A program made the position numbers and the translations under genes. From the NCBI RefSeq assembly GCF_003334765.1, contig NZ_QOWT01000047.1: DNA of 21,426 nucleotides. One strand, written 5' to 3'. This document shows positions 9,708 to 17,580 of the stretch, in pieces. The notes under the pieces are model-generated. The model had not been told where the DNA came from and did not search any database. It was given only the letters and a program-made list of their open reading frames with translations. This DNA comes from Escherichia coli. GTDB taxonomy: Bacteria > Pseudomonadota > Gammaproteobacteria > Enterobacterales > Enterobacteriaceae. Within the stretch, counting starts at the first letter, position 1, and every line of letters begins with the position of its first letter.

Positions 9708-10553
9708 TTGAACAATTGGTCACCAGAGCATACAAAAGTCATCAAGAGCTGGTTTAAGATTGATACATATCGCAAATTTGAAGACCTCTCATTGATTCAG
9801 TTCTACCATGAGATATGGGCCCGTAAATTGTTCTTTAAGGAGTATCGGGAAGAGTTTGAGAGCAGAGCACTTGCGGGTTACTTCTCAAAAATTTTTAGTG
9901 GCAATCCTTTTTTAATTGAAGAAGGACAACTGGGATACATGACTCCTGCCAACAAACTTTTTCAACCTCCCCATTTCTTTCTCACAACTCTTGATCGCCT
10001 TGCTGAAACGAGCATTATTGCAATGCAACGTGGAGGTTTTCTTTGGCATGAAGGTGATAATTATTCTATAAACGCAGAGCTTCGAGAAGAATCACTTTCA
10101 GACATTATGCCAGATCAGTTTACACGAACGATCATGTTCGAGATTGATCTGGCAAGTGGCACAGACGAAGAGATTGCAGAGTCGCTTAAAGCTGCATTAC
10201 CGCAGTGGCGTAAAGTTAAGGGTATTGATGAAAACCCATTGGAATCTGTTCGTTTTGGATACGGAACTATCAAGAAACTCATCAGTTATCGTGTAATACC
10301 TATGCTTGATATCCTGGTGTGGGCAGCCGTTAAAAAAATCCGTGTCTCTGACGACAGGTTATCCAGACTACTATATACAGACGATGACGAAGAAAGCGAA
10401 ATGAGACAGTCCAGCCAAATCAAAGATACCGACAGGCCTTTGGCTCTTAAATCCTGCACAACTGACTTTATCCGACAATTCCATTACTTCATGAACAAAA
10501 ACAGCCATTTAAAGCAAATGAAAGTCTCTGATGTAATGAAACTATCGGATTAA
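9708..10553 (+). CDS. Hypothetical island protein (281 aa); possibly inovirus Gp2-like family
   Basis: Long ORF starting at TTG 9708 with GGTGGAG RBS about 8 nt upstream; no in-frame ATG until about codon 78. Positioned immediately upstream of an AlpA-family gene. Family assignment is from recall only. Confidence 0.55.
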   Translation: MNNWSPEHTKVIKSWFKIDTYRKFEDLSLIQFYHEIWARKLFFKEYREEFESRALAGYFSKIFSGNPFLIEEGQLGYMTPANKLFQPPHFFLTTLDRLAETSIIAMQRGGFLWHEGDNYSINAELREESLSDIMPDQFTRTIMFEIDLASGTDEEIAESLKAALPQWRKVKGIDENPLESVRFGYGTIKKLISYRVIPMLDILVWAAVKKIRVSDDRLSRLLYTDDDEESEMRQSSQIKDTDRPLALKSCTTDFIRQFHYFMNKNSHLKQMKVSDVMKLSD

Positions 10554-10597
10554 GAGTTAATTAATAACTGTCTGTTTTTTTATTATAAAAATAAACT

Positions 10598-10628
10598 AAA
10601 AGCACTACTGTAAATGGTGCTTTTTTTT
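10598..10628 (+). terminator. Rho-independent terminator candidate
   Basis: AAAGCAC-(loop)-GTGCTTT hairpin followed by a run of 8 T, 45 nt after the stop of 9708-10553. Confidence 0.5.
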
Positions 10629-10835
10629 GCGATTTTTACTTTAAACCGGCCATTTTTACACTTGCTATAAAACAGGGGAATTTCAGCTACTCTCAAGTTC
10701 CCTTGTTCTGTACTGCACCAACTTCGAGAAAACCATCCTGCACAGCAGCGAAGAACCTCCGCTTCAGGAGCTTCGCTCCTTTCTTTTCCCAACTGCTCGT
10801 ATAGTGACTTCACCGCAACGACAAGGGATAACGAA

Positions 10836-11042
10836 ATGAAAAATCAAGCAACCCGCCTCATACGCTTACCAGAAGTTCTCGAACGAACTGGCTACGGAAA
10901 AGCCTGGATCTATCGTCTGATCAACGATGGCAAGTTTCCTGCTCCTGTCAAAATTGGAAGTCGTGCAATAGCTTTCGTTGAAAGTGAGATTGATAGCTGG
11001 ATTCAGTCTGTTATCGAAACAAGTCGAAATAATGTTGCTTAA
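10836..11042 (+). CDS. alpA: AlpA-family phage/island transcriptional regulator (MerR-like HTH, 68 aa)
   Basis: MKNQATRLIRLPEVLERTGYGKAWIYRLINDGKFPAPVKIGSRAIAFVESEIDSWIQ matches the AlpA signature (LxRLxEVxxxTGxSxxxIYRLIxxGxFPxPxKxGxRAxAWxESEIxxWI). AAGGGA RBS 8 nt upstream of ATG. Confidence 0.85.
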   Translation: MKNQATRLIRLPEVLERTGYGKAWIYRLINDGKFPAPVKIGSRAIAFVESEIDSWIQSVIETSRNNVA

Positions 11043-11062
11043 TTGAATTTAGGAGAGATTTT

Positions 11063-11362
11063 ATGACTATCGAAGAATTTGTGAATGAAGAAAACCATAT
11101 GTGTAATCTGGGCCAGGAACTATTCTTTAAAATTTTCGAGCCTGAATCGATTTATAATTTACCCAATAACGAGTTTAATAAAGAAATAATATATTGGCTC
11201 AGTCAGTATCTTGTCGGAAATTTGATACAACCTTTAGACGCGATCTCAGAGCTTAATGCTTCCAAACAAATATATGTTTACGAGACTTGGTTTTCGCTAA
11301 TTAAATGCCCTGATGAAATGAAACTCTTGGCGAAGCGGATAATTGAATATTTATTGGATTAA
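11063..11362 (+). CDS. Hypothetical small protein (99 aa)
   Basis: ATG with AGGAGA RBS 7 nt upstream, 20 nt after the alpA stop (likely co-transcribed); AT-rich; no recognisable motif. Confidence 0.55.
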   Translation: MTIEEFVNEENHMCNLGQELFFKIFEPESIYNLPNNEFNKEIIYWLSQYLVGNLIQPLDAISELNASKQIYVYETWFSLIKCPDEMKLLAKRIIEYLLD

Positions 11363-11574
11363 GAAATTCATATGGCAATGCAAAGTTTTGCTGCATATTT
11401 TAGATTAAAACGTTAAAGAATAACTTGCATTATTTTTATGACCGTTCTTTTGCAAGGCAGTGAGATGGTTTTAGGTGGGTTGGGTGTGCATAATATTAAT
11501 AGTGTTAGGACGGTTTTTAGTATTAAGAAGTAATAATAATAGCCATTGGTGAAAATTATGACGGGATTTTTACC

Positions 11575-11886
11575 ATGACATTTCATATTAATAAGTATAG
11601 GAAAGTTAAAATGAATAATTCAATCATAGTACCAGAAGATAAAGATTTTGTATGTGCGTTTGCGACTTCACCGAATAGCTTTTATGAGGCTATTGAATCC
11701 TATCGTAATTATGTAGATCTAGTCCAAGAGATAGAGTTCGAGCACGTCTTTCTTTATTTATTGTTTTCTATAGTGGTCAATGGTAGTACAGATATTACGA
11801 TTAATGATGAAGTACGAATGTGTATTGAGCAGCTTGTCTATGAAAAAAATAGTATCAGAAATAATAATGCAGATAAAAAGATGTAA
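11575..11886 (+). CDS. Hypothetical small protein (103 aa; alternative start at 11611 gives 91 aa)
   Basis: ORF with possible internal start MNNSIIV… preceded by AGGAAA; followed by a strong terminator hairpin. Confidence 0.45.
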   Translation: MTFHINKYRKVKMNNSIIVPEDKDFVCAFATSPNSFYEAIESYRNYVDLVQEIEFEHVFLYLLFSIVVNGSTDITINDEVRMCIEQLVYEKNSIRNNNADKKM

Positions 11887-11907
11887 AGGCTGTAATAAAT
11901 TATCATG

Positions 11908-11945
11908 GGTACAGACAGCACAAGTCTGTACCTTCTTATTTTAAT
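11908..11945 (+). terminator. Rho-independent terminator
   Basis: Perfect 9-bp stem GGTACAGAC / GTCTGTACC with 7-nt loop, followed by TTCTTATTTTA. Confidence 0.6.
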
Positions 11946-12057
11946 TCAACAGATAATGATACATGAAAATTATGTGCTTTTGATAGTGGTCATCTGGTTT
12001 TCTATAGTAAACATTATAGGATATAGGTTATCCTGAATTTTAATATTATGCTCTTTT

Positions 12058-12363
12058 TTATTTAAAAGAGCTGAAAAATACAGGATTTAAATGGTGTTGG
12101 TATTTAAACTCAGTAGGTATAGTAACACTCGCATCAATCAGTTCTGTGATAGCCTGATAAAATTGAGTGGGTGTAATATGTATCCCTTCTTGCTGTGCTA
12201 TGGGCGTAACACGATGAAAAATTAGGTAAACAATGCTCTTATCTGGCTTATACGACGCGATTAATGTAAGCAACCAGAATACATTGTGAATAGTAGTGTT
12301 AAGATTATGACTTTCAACTGATGATTGATTATTTTGAAAGTAAGTGGAGAGTCTTTTTTGCAT
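12058..12363 (-). CDS. Hypothetical protein (101 aa)
   Basis: ORF downstream of and co-directional with 12428-12991; weak RBS; no motif recognised. Confidence 0.35.
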   Translation of the reverse strand: MQKRLSTYFQNNQSSVESHNLNTTIHNVFWLLTLIASYKPDKSIVYLIFHRVTPIAQQEGIHITPTQFYQAITELIDASVTIPTEFKYQHHLNPVFFSSFK

Positions 12364-12427
12364 AAAGGTATCGTTTTTTTGTTAATGTTATCACTCGCGT
12401 GGAGAAAATTACCACGCTGTAATGTTT

Positions 12428-12991
12428 TTAAAATGGAATGCCGTCTGCAGGATTTCGTCTTCTGGAGTTTTTAACTGATTTTGTTTTACTCCAGGCACGA
12501 TAAAAATTAAACGAATTGGCAAAATCTTCTGTCTCCAGTCTGGATTTTCTGAATTTATCCATCAGATCTTCATTGAAACGACGAGGAATTCCCTTAACGC
12601 ACAAGTTTGAATTCAGATATACCTGATTATCTATGGTGTCACGAATAAGTATTTTTTTTCCAAATAACTCTTTGAATGCACGTGAAACATTTGATTTATT
12701 CAGCCCAAGCTCTTTGGCAGTACGTGACTGTGAAAAATCAGGAATAATATTACCGTAATCAATGGCTGAGAAGAGATAAATCACAATTCTAAATGCTGTA
12801 GGCGTCAAATCCATTCTGGCGAGTGTCGCCATATTACCTTTAAATACCATTGAGAAATCGTCCTTGAAGGACGTCTTTTTATAGCTGGTTGCTTTAATTT
12901 TTATTTCTTCTAGATCTTCGGGCATAACCTCTAATGCTTCTGCAATAATGGATTTTTGTTCTTTAGTTAATACAACACTTGTGATTGACAT
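12428..12991 (-). CDS. Winged helix-turn-helix DNA-binding protein (187 aa), RepL-like / plasmid replication-associated candidate
   Basis: AGGAG RBS 5 nt upstream of ATG. Central segment …TPTAFRIVIYLFSAIDYGNIIPDFSQSRTAKELGLNKSNVSRAFKELFGKKILIR… has typical wHTH spacing. A divergent AT-rich region and tandem direct repeats lie 460-600 bp upstream. Family is inferred from motif pattern, not from a search. Confidence 0.6.
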   Translation of the reverse strand: MSITSVVLTKEQKSIIAEALEVMPEDLEEIKIKATSYKKTSFKDDFSMVFKGNMATLARMDLTPTAFRIVIYLFSAIDYGNIIPDFSQSRTAKELGLNKSNVSRAFKELFGKKILIRDTIDNQVYLNSNLCVKGIPRRFNEDLMDKFRKSRLETEDFANSFNFYRAWSKTKSVKNSRRRNPADGIPF

Positions 12992-13452
12992 AATGGCTCC
13001 TTTTTTATTGTTGTGATTACAGATATGGCATATTTAATTTATTTGTCAATGGTTTTGATGATATTATTTTAATTATATCTTATTTGAATTTTTTATCCGT
13101 TCTTTGGTGGTGGTAATAGGTTGTAAAATTTGAAACGAGGGGTGCTAAATTTAACCATCACCTGTTATGTGATTGATAATTTTTGGTGCTGAAATTAACA
13201 ACGGCATATTTTGTATAATCATATGATTTTATTAGATAATTTTTGATTTTGATCTGCAAGATAAAAGAGTGATAAAGAAATAAGAAACCACAGTTTTGCA
13301 TTTGATCGATACTCAAGGCCTTGGTGTACCTGATGAAAACATTTTTATTATTGCTTTTCTTAAATAATATCATTTGTAAATTGAAGCCTGCGCAACTGTG
13401 TGTTACGCCCCATTGGGCTTCAGAACATCACTATAGTGTTTTCAGTCAGTAT

Positions 13453-13600
13453 AAATACGCTTCGCGCACGAGTTCACAGTATTTAGGTTTACTGTCATTA
13501 AAAATACGCTTCGTGCAGAAGTTCAGAAAAATGGGGTTAGCTGTCAGCACAAATACGCTTCGCGCAAAAAAAAATCAGGAGGCTAAGTTGATCGAGAAAG
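13453..13600. repeat. Three direct repeats at exactly 49-bp spacing sharing a 16-bp core AAATACGCTTCG(C/T)GCA (iteron-like)
   Basis: Cores at 13453-13468, 13502-13517 and 13551-13566. Units 1 and 2 also share AGTTCA and CTGTCA blocks further along the 49-bp unit; unit 3 keeps only the core. Non-coding context. Confidence 0.7.
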
Positions 13601-14030
13601 CGAACACAGATACATGATTTACCCGTTTGCTGACTACGGCTCACGCCGGGACCCTTCGGAAAAACCCTTTCTGCTTCAGCGAGTGAGTGCTGCGGGCACT
13701 CAGAGGCGCTGCCAGGGAGACAAAATTAAGTTTTTCAACTGTTTGGTAAAAATAATTAACATTTATAGGTAGTCGGGGCGTAAGCCAGTGCGTAGCACGC
13801 TCTCAAAAAATATTCCTGTGGGTTTCTTATCTGCAATAGGGAAATAACTCAGATAATTGATATATGAAAAAACAATACAATCGGGAAGACACAACTTTAG
13901 CACAGTAAAAGCTATTTGTATTTATGAGGAATAAAATATATATGAATAATAAAATATTTTTATTTTGCTATTGATTTTAATTTTTAAGATGATAGTACTT
14001 AATTATAAAAACAAAATAATGGAGGAAATT

Positions 14031-14456
14031 ATGAGTGCTATTAATGTGTTATCTCAGGAGGAAAAATTTATACATGTTGTTGATAAATTTATAACCCATA
14101 ATCACAACGGCGTTAATAACAATGTCTTTTATAAAAAACTTTATGTTCTCTTCGCCGGATATCATCTGAAGTATTTTTATTCACGGGCGCAATATCGCAA
14201 TTCGTGTTATCACGTTGATAATATCATGCAGATGTTTATGGGTGTCGTTTCTACCCTGAAGACCCCTCTGCTCAGGCAACTCGCAAACAGTGACACATTG
14301 CTGCATTGCCTGAATTCGCTCGTGAATTATATTTCAGGCAATCTGGATGAAGCAGAGCACATTTATGCTGATTTACTGGCACAGTATGAAAAGAAACGCA
14401 TTGCACGTTCTCTGGCTTATACACCACCAGGATCCGTGGTCAGGAAAAGACTGTGA
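14031..14456 (+). CDS. Hypothetical protein (141 aa from ATG 14031; ORF track begins at 13965)
   Basis: GGAGG RBS 8 nt before ATG 14031 (MSAINVLSQ…). C-terminal tail …EKKRIARSLAYTPPGSVVRKRL resembles the tail of the ankyrin protein at 17683-18636. Confidence 0.5.
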   Translation: MSAINVLSQEEKFIHVVDKFITHNHNGVNNNVFYKKLYVLFAGYHLKYFYSRAQYRNSCYHVDNIMQMFMGVVSTLKTPLLRQLANSDTLLHCLNSLVNYISGNLDEAEHIYADLLAQYEKKRIARSLAYTPPGSVVRKRL

Positions 14457-14539
14457 GACATCGGAAATGCGCCGGACAAGGCAGAGTATGGCAGAGTGAC
14501 ATAAAAGCAGTCGTTTCCCGCAAGATATTACCGGGCATT

Positions 14540-14573
14540 AAAAAGGCAGGATCCACCGATTTGGTGTCCTGCC
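14540..14573. terminator. Bidirectional terminator hairpin between convergent genes
   Basis: GGCAGGA-(15-nt loop)-TCCTGCC perfect 7-bp stem, flanked by AAAAA on the 5' side (T-run on the minus strand) and a T-rich stretch on the 3' side. Confidence 0.5.
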
Positions 14574-14597
14574 TGGCGGGATTATTTTATTGTGGTC

Positions 14598-14918
14598 TTA
14601 CTTATCAACGACCTGCCAGCCATCATCTGTTTTGACCAGCTTGACAGCCGCTGTGCGTTTTTCGTTATCGACAACAGCTGTTACATTGCATTTATAGCTT
14701 TTATCCGATAGTTTTTCGCAGTCGTGTTTTTTGACTGATTTTAACTTCCGCAGCATGTCAGGCGTGATATCGTTTCTCGCTATGGATTTAACGATGGCAT
14801 TCGTCTGCTCCACGACCTTATTCATCGCAGTGTAAATATCCTGCTCAGACGGTTCACTGGTGCAGCCGGTCAGCAAAAAAATGGACGCAATGAGTGTGGT
14901 AAATGCATATGTTTTCAT
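14598..14918 (-). CDS. Small lipoprotein (106 aa)
   Basis: Signal peptide with lipobox LLTG|C (MKTYAFTTLIASIFLLTGC). Mature part ends …AAVKLVKTDDGWQVVDK. Confidence 0.7.
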   Translation of the reverse strand: MKTYAFTTLIASIFLLTGCTSEPSEQDIYTAMNKVVEQTNAIVKSIARNDITPDMLRKLKSVKKHDCEKLSDKSYKCNVTAVVDNEKRTAAVKLVKTDDGWQVVDK

Positions 14919-14944
14919 AAAATAATCCCAGACGGTAGAGTACG

Positions 14945-15343
14945 TTATTGAAAAAGGCCGGTTTTCATCTTGCTGTTGTTTTCAGAGAACGTCCACTTGC
15001 TGACGGTTTCGCCTTTAAATTCGATTTCCAGCGTTTTGGCCTGCGTCTGTGAACCCCCGGTCAGCAGTCCAATCACGGGAATGAATGTGGTGGCATCAAA
15101 CTGATTGTTGTCCATCGAATAAGTCCATTGTTCATTGCCACTATCAAGTGTAGTTTTGGTTTCGGGCTGACCGAATGCGGTAATGATTTCTGATTTCGTT
15201 GTTTTATTTTTGATGATTTTCGACTGCAGACTTTGTGATGTTTCTTTTTTTAGATGCTGGTTGCCTGATGTTGAACAGCCAGAAATAAGTAAAGAAGAAA
15301 TAAAAAACACAGAAATCATGAATCTGTTCATAAGTTTTCTCAT
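14945..15343 (-). CDS. Lipoprotein (132 aa) with BamE/SmpA-OmlA-like motif
   Basis: Lipobox LISG|C. Segment …EIITAFGQPETKTTLDSGNEQWTYSMD… resembles the BamE-type LGxP…W.Y motif. Possible alternative start at M5 (15331). Confidence 0.65.
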   Translation of the reverse strand: MRKLMNRFMISVFFISSLLISGCSTSGNQHLKKETSQSLQSKIIKNKTTKSEIITAFGQPETKTTLDSGNEQWTYSMDNNQFDATTFIPVIGLLTGGSQTQAKTLEIEFKGETVSKWTFSENNSKMKTGLFQ

Positions 15344-15380
15344 ATTAATTTTTTATGTTTGCGGTGGTGTGAAATTAATA

Positions 15381-15656
15381 TCATCTTATAAAAACAACTC
15401 TGTCTGCATATTTCTTTTTAATAATGCAGATAAGAATAATGACGCTGGCAAAAAACGTAATGACTGAGGCAGGAGTGCTGCCGGTCAATGAAAACACTAA
15501 CCAGGCGAGAGCTAATGCCACGAATTGAAACAGGAATGCCACACTGAGTGGACTTTCACCATAGGCCACTTTTGCATGGCAACCTTTGCAAACCCGCACA
15601 CCGTGTGGGCTTTGTGTAAAGCAGAAAGGGCAGCTAATCGTTTTATTATCCATCAT
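15381..15656 (-). CDS. Zinc-ribbon membrane protein (91 aa)
   Basis: N-terminal CPFC…(8)…CKGC four-Cys zinc-ribbon motif followed by two hydrophobic helices (FLFQFVALALAWLVFSL; VITFFASVIILICII). Confidence 0.6.
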   Translation of the reverse strand: MMDNKTISCPFCFTQSPHGVRVCKGCHAKVAYGESPLSVAFLFQFVALALAWLVFSLTGSTPASVITFFASVIILICIIKKKYADRVVFIR

Positions 15657-15733
15657 GACTCCGTAGCCTGATTTAAGGTGATGTATTTTTGAACATTTTC
15701 GATGAATGAACTGCTTTAGTAAAATTGCTTGTA

Positions 15734-15806
15734 CCGATCGATGGATCTCAGGCGATAGGTTATATCTATTATAACTAGATTATCGATATATAAAAACGAT
15801 CGATAT
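15734..15806. promoter_or_regulatory. Cluster of three GATC sites within four ATCGAT palindromes, 80-150 bp upstream of the zinc-ribbon/lipoprotein gene trio
   Basis: CCGATCGATGGATCTC at 15734-15749 and TATCGATATATAAAAACGATCGATATC at 15780-15806. Dam-site clustering in a promoter-proximal region; a regulatory role is inference. Confidence 0.3.
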
Positions 15807-15841
15807 CTTATTGACTATCACTAAAGTATGGACTAGCTAAC

Positions 15842-17077
15842 TTATGGTGCAGGATGGTTGTTGTTTTTAAATGATTGTTCTTTATTGGTATTTGTTGTCA
15901 TGGGATGACAGGGTGTCAGAATATGTAGGTGGAGGATTTGGTGGAAAGGATGTGCAGTGGCATGTAACAGAGACATGCCTCTGCGCCTGAGAAGTGCCAC
16001 AATATGGACGAGCAATACAAGCCATGAATACAGACGACGCTGGCGGGGTATCTGACGAGCTGTATTGTGCAGATTGCTCCTGAGCTGGATGATACCCACT
16101 GTCTCCTGTTGTCTTTCCAGACGAATTTTTTCTTCAAGCTGATGGATTTTCTCCAGAATCGTTTCCCGGTTTGCAGCCTGCTCTTCAGACTCGCATGATG
16201 GCACTGGCACTGGCACTGGCACTGGCACTGGCACTGGCACTGGCGCGGTTGTAGGTTCTATTGGCCTCTGGGCTTCTTTCAGTAAACTCAGATGCTCAGG
16301 CGTAAAATCAATCAGTGCTTGCAGGGAAGACCAGCCATATTTTTTACCCAACTGAGATGCTTTAAAGGCAATACCCTGGTATTGAAATGAAAATCCACTC
16401 ATTTTACCCGTAGTGGCGATATTGGGTTTGCAGGTCACTCCTTCCTGTTCCAGTAAGCGAACAAAGGTTAGTAAATCGGGATGGTGTGTTAATGCATTGT
16501 CGAGCAGGGCCTGCAACAGTGACTTAGGGCAGGGAGCTGCTGTGCGTTCTGCCATCATCAGTTCATTACGGGAAGGCTTCCTTTTATCCTGGCGGCTACT
16601 GCCGGTTACACCCGTAGTTTCGGTGAGGCCGTGTACTCTCTCCAGCTCACTGATAATCCGTGTGCCGATAAGATTTTCATTTTTCCCCAGGTACAGTTTT
16701 CCACCGACCATGTTAATACGACTTGCAATGATATGAATATGCTGCCCATCCGGATCATCGTGCATGATATAGCAGCGAAGATGGGTGTCAGTGAAGCCCA
16801 TTCGGGCCATATAATCGTCAGCGAATGCTGCCCACTGTCTGTTTGACAGTTTCTCACCCTTTGGCAGGCGAAGTGAATTATGCCAGACAGGTTTGGCGAC
16901 ATCGGGACGCAGCAGTCGGGTGCCTTCAAATTCACTTATAAGCTCAGCAGCAGTGCTACCCGTCATGTTGCCACCGATGACATAAGGCGTGATTTTGTGG
17001 TGAGAACCTGACTTCAGGCTATAAATAACCACACCTGTGAATTGTTTACCCCTTTTTATTTTCTGCATGCCTTTCAT
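15842..17077 (-). CDS. Plasmid mobilization relaxase (MobA/VirD2-like relaxase domain), 411 aa
   Basis: N-terminal candidate catalytic Tyr (…VVIYSLK…) and histidine-triad motif HDDPDGQHIHIIASRIN (HxDxDxxHxHxxxxxxN). Start ATG overlaps the mobC stop (ATGA). Central (PV)7 linker. C-terminal about 80 aa is unusual in composition and the gene may be 3'-degenerate. Confidence 0.8.
   Translation of the reverse strand: MKGMQKIKRGKQFTGVVIYSLKSGSHHKITPYVIGGNMTGSTAAELISEFEGTRLLRPDVAKPVWHNSLRLPKGEKLSNRQWAAFADDYMARMGFTDTHLRCYIMHDDPDGQHIHIIASRINMVGGKLYLGKNENLIGTRIISELERVHGLTETTGVTGSSRQDKRKPSRNELMMAERTAAPCPKSLLQALLDNALTHHPDLLTFVRLLEQEGVTCKPNIATTGKMSGFSFQYQGIAFKASQLGKKYGWSSLQALIDFTPEHLSLLKEAQRPIEPTTAPVPVPVPVPVPVPVPSCESEEQAANRETILEKIHQLEEKIRLERQQETVGIIQLRSNLHNTARQIPRQRRLYSWLVLLVHIVALLRRRGMSLLHATAHPFHQILHLHILTPCHPMTTNTNKEQSFKNNNHPAP
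16201..16242. repeat. Perfect hexanucleotide simple-sequence repeat (GCACTG)x7, in-frame in the relaxase gene (encodes PVPVPVPVPVPVPV)
   Basis: Seven perfect tandem copies read directly from the sequence. Confidence 0.9.
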
Positions 17078-17481
17078 GGGTCTGACTCCAGAAATGTTGA
17101 GGGAATAAGGTGATCCCTGAGAGTTTTGATTTGTCTGCGCAGGGCGAAGAGTTCTGTACGGGTCAGTTCGCTGTCAGGGCTTTTGCTGTCGAGATGACTC
17201 AACAGGTAGTTTAAATCCTGTGAAAGGCTGCCAAGTTTTATCCATGCTTCACGATTGATTTCTGGCAGAACCGGCGGGAGTTTATTCAGGGAAGCCATCC
17301 TGAGCCATTCTCCTTTTTTATACTGACCTCTTTTACTGTCGAGAATAATTAATTCTTCTTCATTTAATCTGACACTGATGCAGTGATGTCGTATTTCATT
17401 CTCAGGAAATTTGTCAGTATGGAATTTACCGCGTTTTGATACTCTGGTTATATCATCATCATTACTCATGTCACTGTTCAT
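17074..17481 (-). CDS. MobC-family mobilization/relaxosome accessory protein (135 aa)
   Basis: Segment …WIKLGSLSQDLNYLLSHLDSK… fits the MobC (L.kiGnNlNQiar) motif. Sits immediately upstream of and translationally coupled to the relaxase. AGGAT RBS. Confidence 0.7.
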   Translation of the reverse strand: MNSDMSNDDDITRVSKRGKFHTDKFPENEIRHHCISVRLNEEELIILDSKRGQYKKGEWLRMASLNKLPPVLPEINREAWIKLGSLSQDLNYLLSHLDSKSPDSELTRTELFALRRQIKTLRDHLIPSTFLESDP

Positions 17482-17580
17482 AGTTATCCTTTTATTTCAT
17501 GTTTATTACTACAGATAACCGATGAAATGAATAAGTCAAGTTGTTACGGGATAAATAATTTAATTATCTGGATTAAAAAA

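Noticed and set aside
10583-10813. 76-aa minus-strand ORF between the Gp2-like gene and alpA
   Set aside because: It lies across the intergenic terminator and alpA leader, has no RBS, and is antisense to a hairpin-rich regulatory region.
13453-13600. Possible CRISPR array
   Set aside because: Only three units, the repeats are degenerate outside a 16-bp core, the spacers are partly homologous to each other, and no cas genes are present.
13321-13617. 98-aa ORF spanning the tandem repeats
   Set aside because: It runs through the 49-bp-period direct repeats and has no RBS; the repeat structure explains the sequence better than coding.
13621-14456. Retron (msr/msd ncRNA plus reverse transcriptase)
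   Set aside because: The structured GC-rich segment is followed by only a 141-aa ORF with no reverse-transcriptase motifs.
14453-17000. Other antisense or overlapping ORFs (14453-14635, 15183-15467, 15916-16137, 16413-16736, 16606-16935, 16631-16846, 18094-18387)
   Set aside because: Each overlaps a better-supported gene (lipoproteins, relaxase, ankyrin gene) on the opposite strand or in another frame and lacks translation signals.
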